Shown here piece by piece: positions 18,903-20,000 of a stretch of 20,000 nt of DNA; position 1 is the stretch's first letter, and each line of letters begins with the position of its first letter. The position numbers and the translations under genes are program-made. Below the pieces are notes generated by a model. It saw nothing but the letters and a program-made list of their open reading frames with translations. It ran no database searches and was not told where the DNA came from. Source of the stretch: Emiliania huxleyi CCMP1516 (taxonomy: Eukaryota); the NCBI RefSeq assembly GCF_000372725.1, contig NW_005201113.1, forward strand, positions 301,121 through 321,120, given 5' to 3'.

Positions 18903-19819
18903 TCCGTGTCTCCACCTCCTCCTCCGCCATCAGGACAAGCTGCAGCTCCGTCGAGTGGGCGAAGCGGCGCGCCTGCGTGGGGACAGTCACAGCGCCGGGC
19001 GTGAACAAGCGCTATTGCGTGGACAACGTGTCTGTGGGACGAAGAGCGCCCGCACCTGCTGCGACGCGCCTTCCGCCCCGGCGGCGGCCTCCGCGAGCAC
19101 CTTTCTCCAGTGGAGCTCCGCGCGGGCGTGCGCCTGCCCGAGATATGGGGAGATATGGGGAGATATGGGGAGATATGGGCGTGCGCCTGCCCGAAACGGG
19201 GGCGGGCAGGAGCAGGCAACCGCGAGTCAAACGATCTGAGCTGCAGATCAGCGCCCACACGGGGCGGGCGGAGGGTGCGCGCGCGCTTCTGTGCAGCTCT
19301 CTGGACAGCTCCGACGCGCGCGGCGGCGTGCGGTGGAGCGGCTGGAGAGGTTGTGTGGCGACGGCGGTGTGGCGAGGTGTGGCGAGGTGTGGCGAGGAGT
19401 GGCGAGAAATCTAGGCGCGGTGCGACGAGATGCGGCGAGAGATTTACGCGAGAGACGGCGAGCCGCGGCGAGATCTCTAGGCGAGCTGTGGCGAGATATG
19501 CCAACTCTGGCGTGATCTGGCGTGATCTGGGGAGATATGGGGAGAGTTGTGGTGGTGCGTGGGGTGGGGGCGCCTGCTCGTTTGCCTCGCGCTGCTCCTG
19601 CTGCTCTCTCCTCGCCTTTTCGCTCTCCGCGGCAGCAGCCTCGCTCGCAGCCATCGCCTCCCTCCGTGCCGCCTCCGCCCGCCGCGCCACCGCCGCGCGC
19701 TGCGCCCGCGGCGTCTCGAGCAAGTCTCCGAGCCGGATCAAGCCCATCTCTGCGGCGCCACGGAGGCGTGGCGGCGTCGCCTCATTGAGGTACACGGCTG
19801 TCATCCGCTCGTACTCCGC
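18143..19819 (-). CDS. 3' part of a coiled-coil, proline-rich protein with a C-terminal WH2 motif (putative actin regulator); exons 19819-19574, 19133-19056, 18972-18916, 18715-18143; 5' end outside the window
   Basis: Phase-0 exons join (one GC and two GT donors). Poly-Pro tracts are followed by SAMLEAIRANPRGRLRAV, matching the WH2 consensus (LL..IR.G..LR.V). Confidence 0.65.
18849..18902. repeat. (TG)n microsatellite in an intron of the WH2 gene
   Basis: Direct observation. Confidence 0.95.
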
Positions 19820-20000
19820 CTACGGTAAGGCAAGGGGGAGGTCACCCTTCTCGCACTTCTCCACACACACGAGGTGGTGGGGCAAGGGCCAGGCAGCCCT
19901 CGCGACTCGACGTCTAGAGAGACAAGAGCCCGACGGCATTCAGAGTGCAAGGCCCGGTGCGCGTGGGTAACGGTGTGTGCGCGTGGGTGAGCGTGTGTGA

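Overview
Eukaryotic, very GC-rich, intron-rich nuclear DNA. The GC-AG donors and 10-12 bp intronic satellites suggest a haptophyte such as Emiliania/Gephyrocapsa huxleyi (inference). Six genes were reconstructed by hand: a plastid-targeted ClpS (-), retromer VPS35 (+, 13 exons, ~790 aa), a ~1100 aa membrane protein with tandem LEA_2/WHy-like repeats (-), an intronless MGCxxS/IQ-motif/PHP metallophosphoesterase (+), mitochondrial inner-membrane protease IMP2 (+), and the 3' part of a proline-rich WH2 protein (-). Mobile DNA comprises a nest of three 5'-truncated copies of one restriction-like-endonuclease (CRE-like) non-LTR retrotransposon, one inserted into another, and a 2.2 kb non-autonomous TIR transposon with a TTAA duplication whose empty target sequence also occurs in the window. 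The most striking signals concern the introns: GA-AG and GC-AG donors, direct repeats spanning splice junctions, duplicated acceptors flanking microsatellites, self-complementary introns, and two homologous (introner-like) introns in one gene. Most long ORFs in the supplied track are GC/repeat artefacts.
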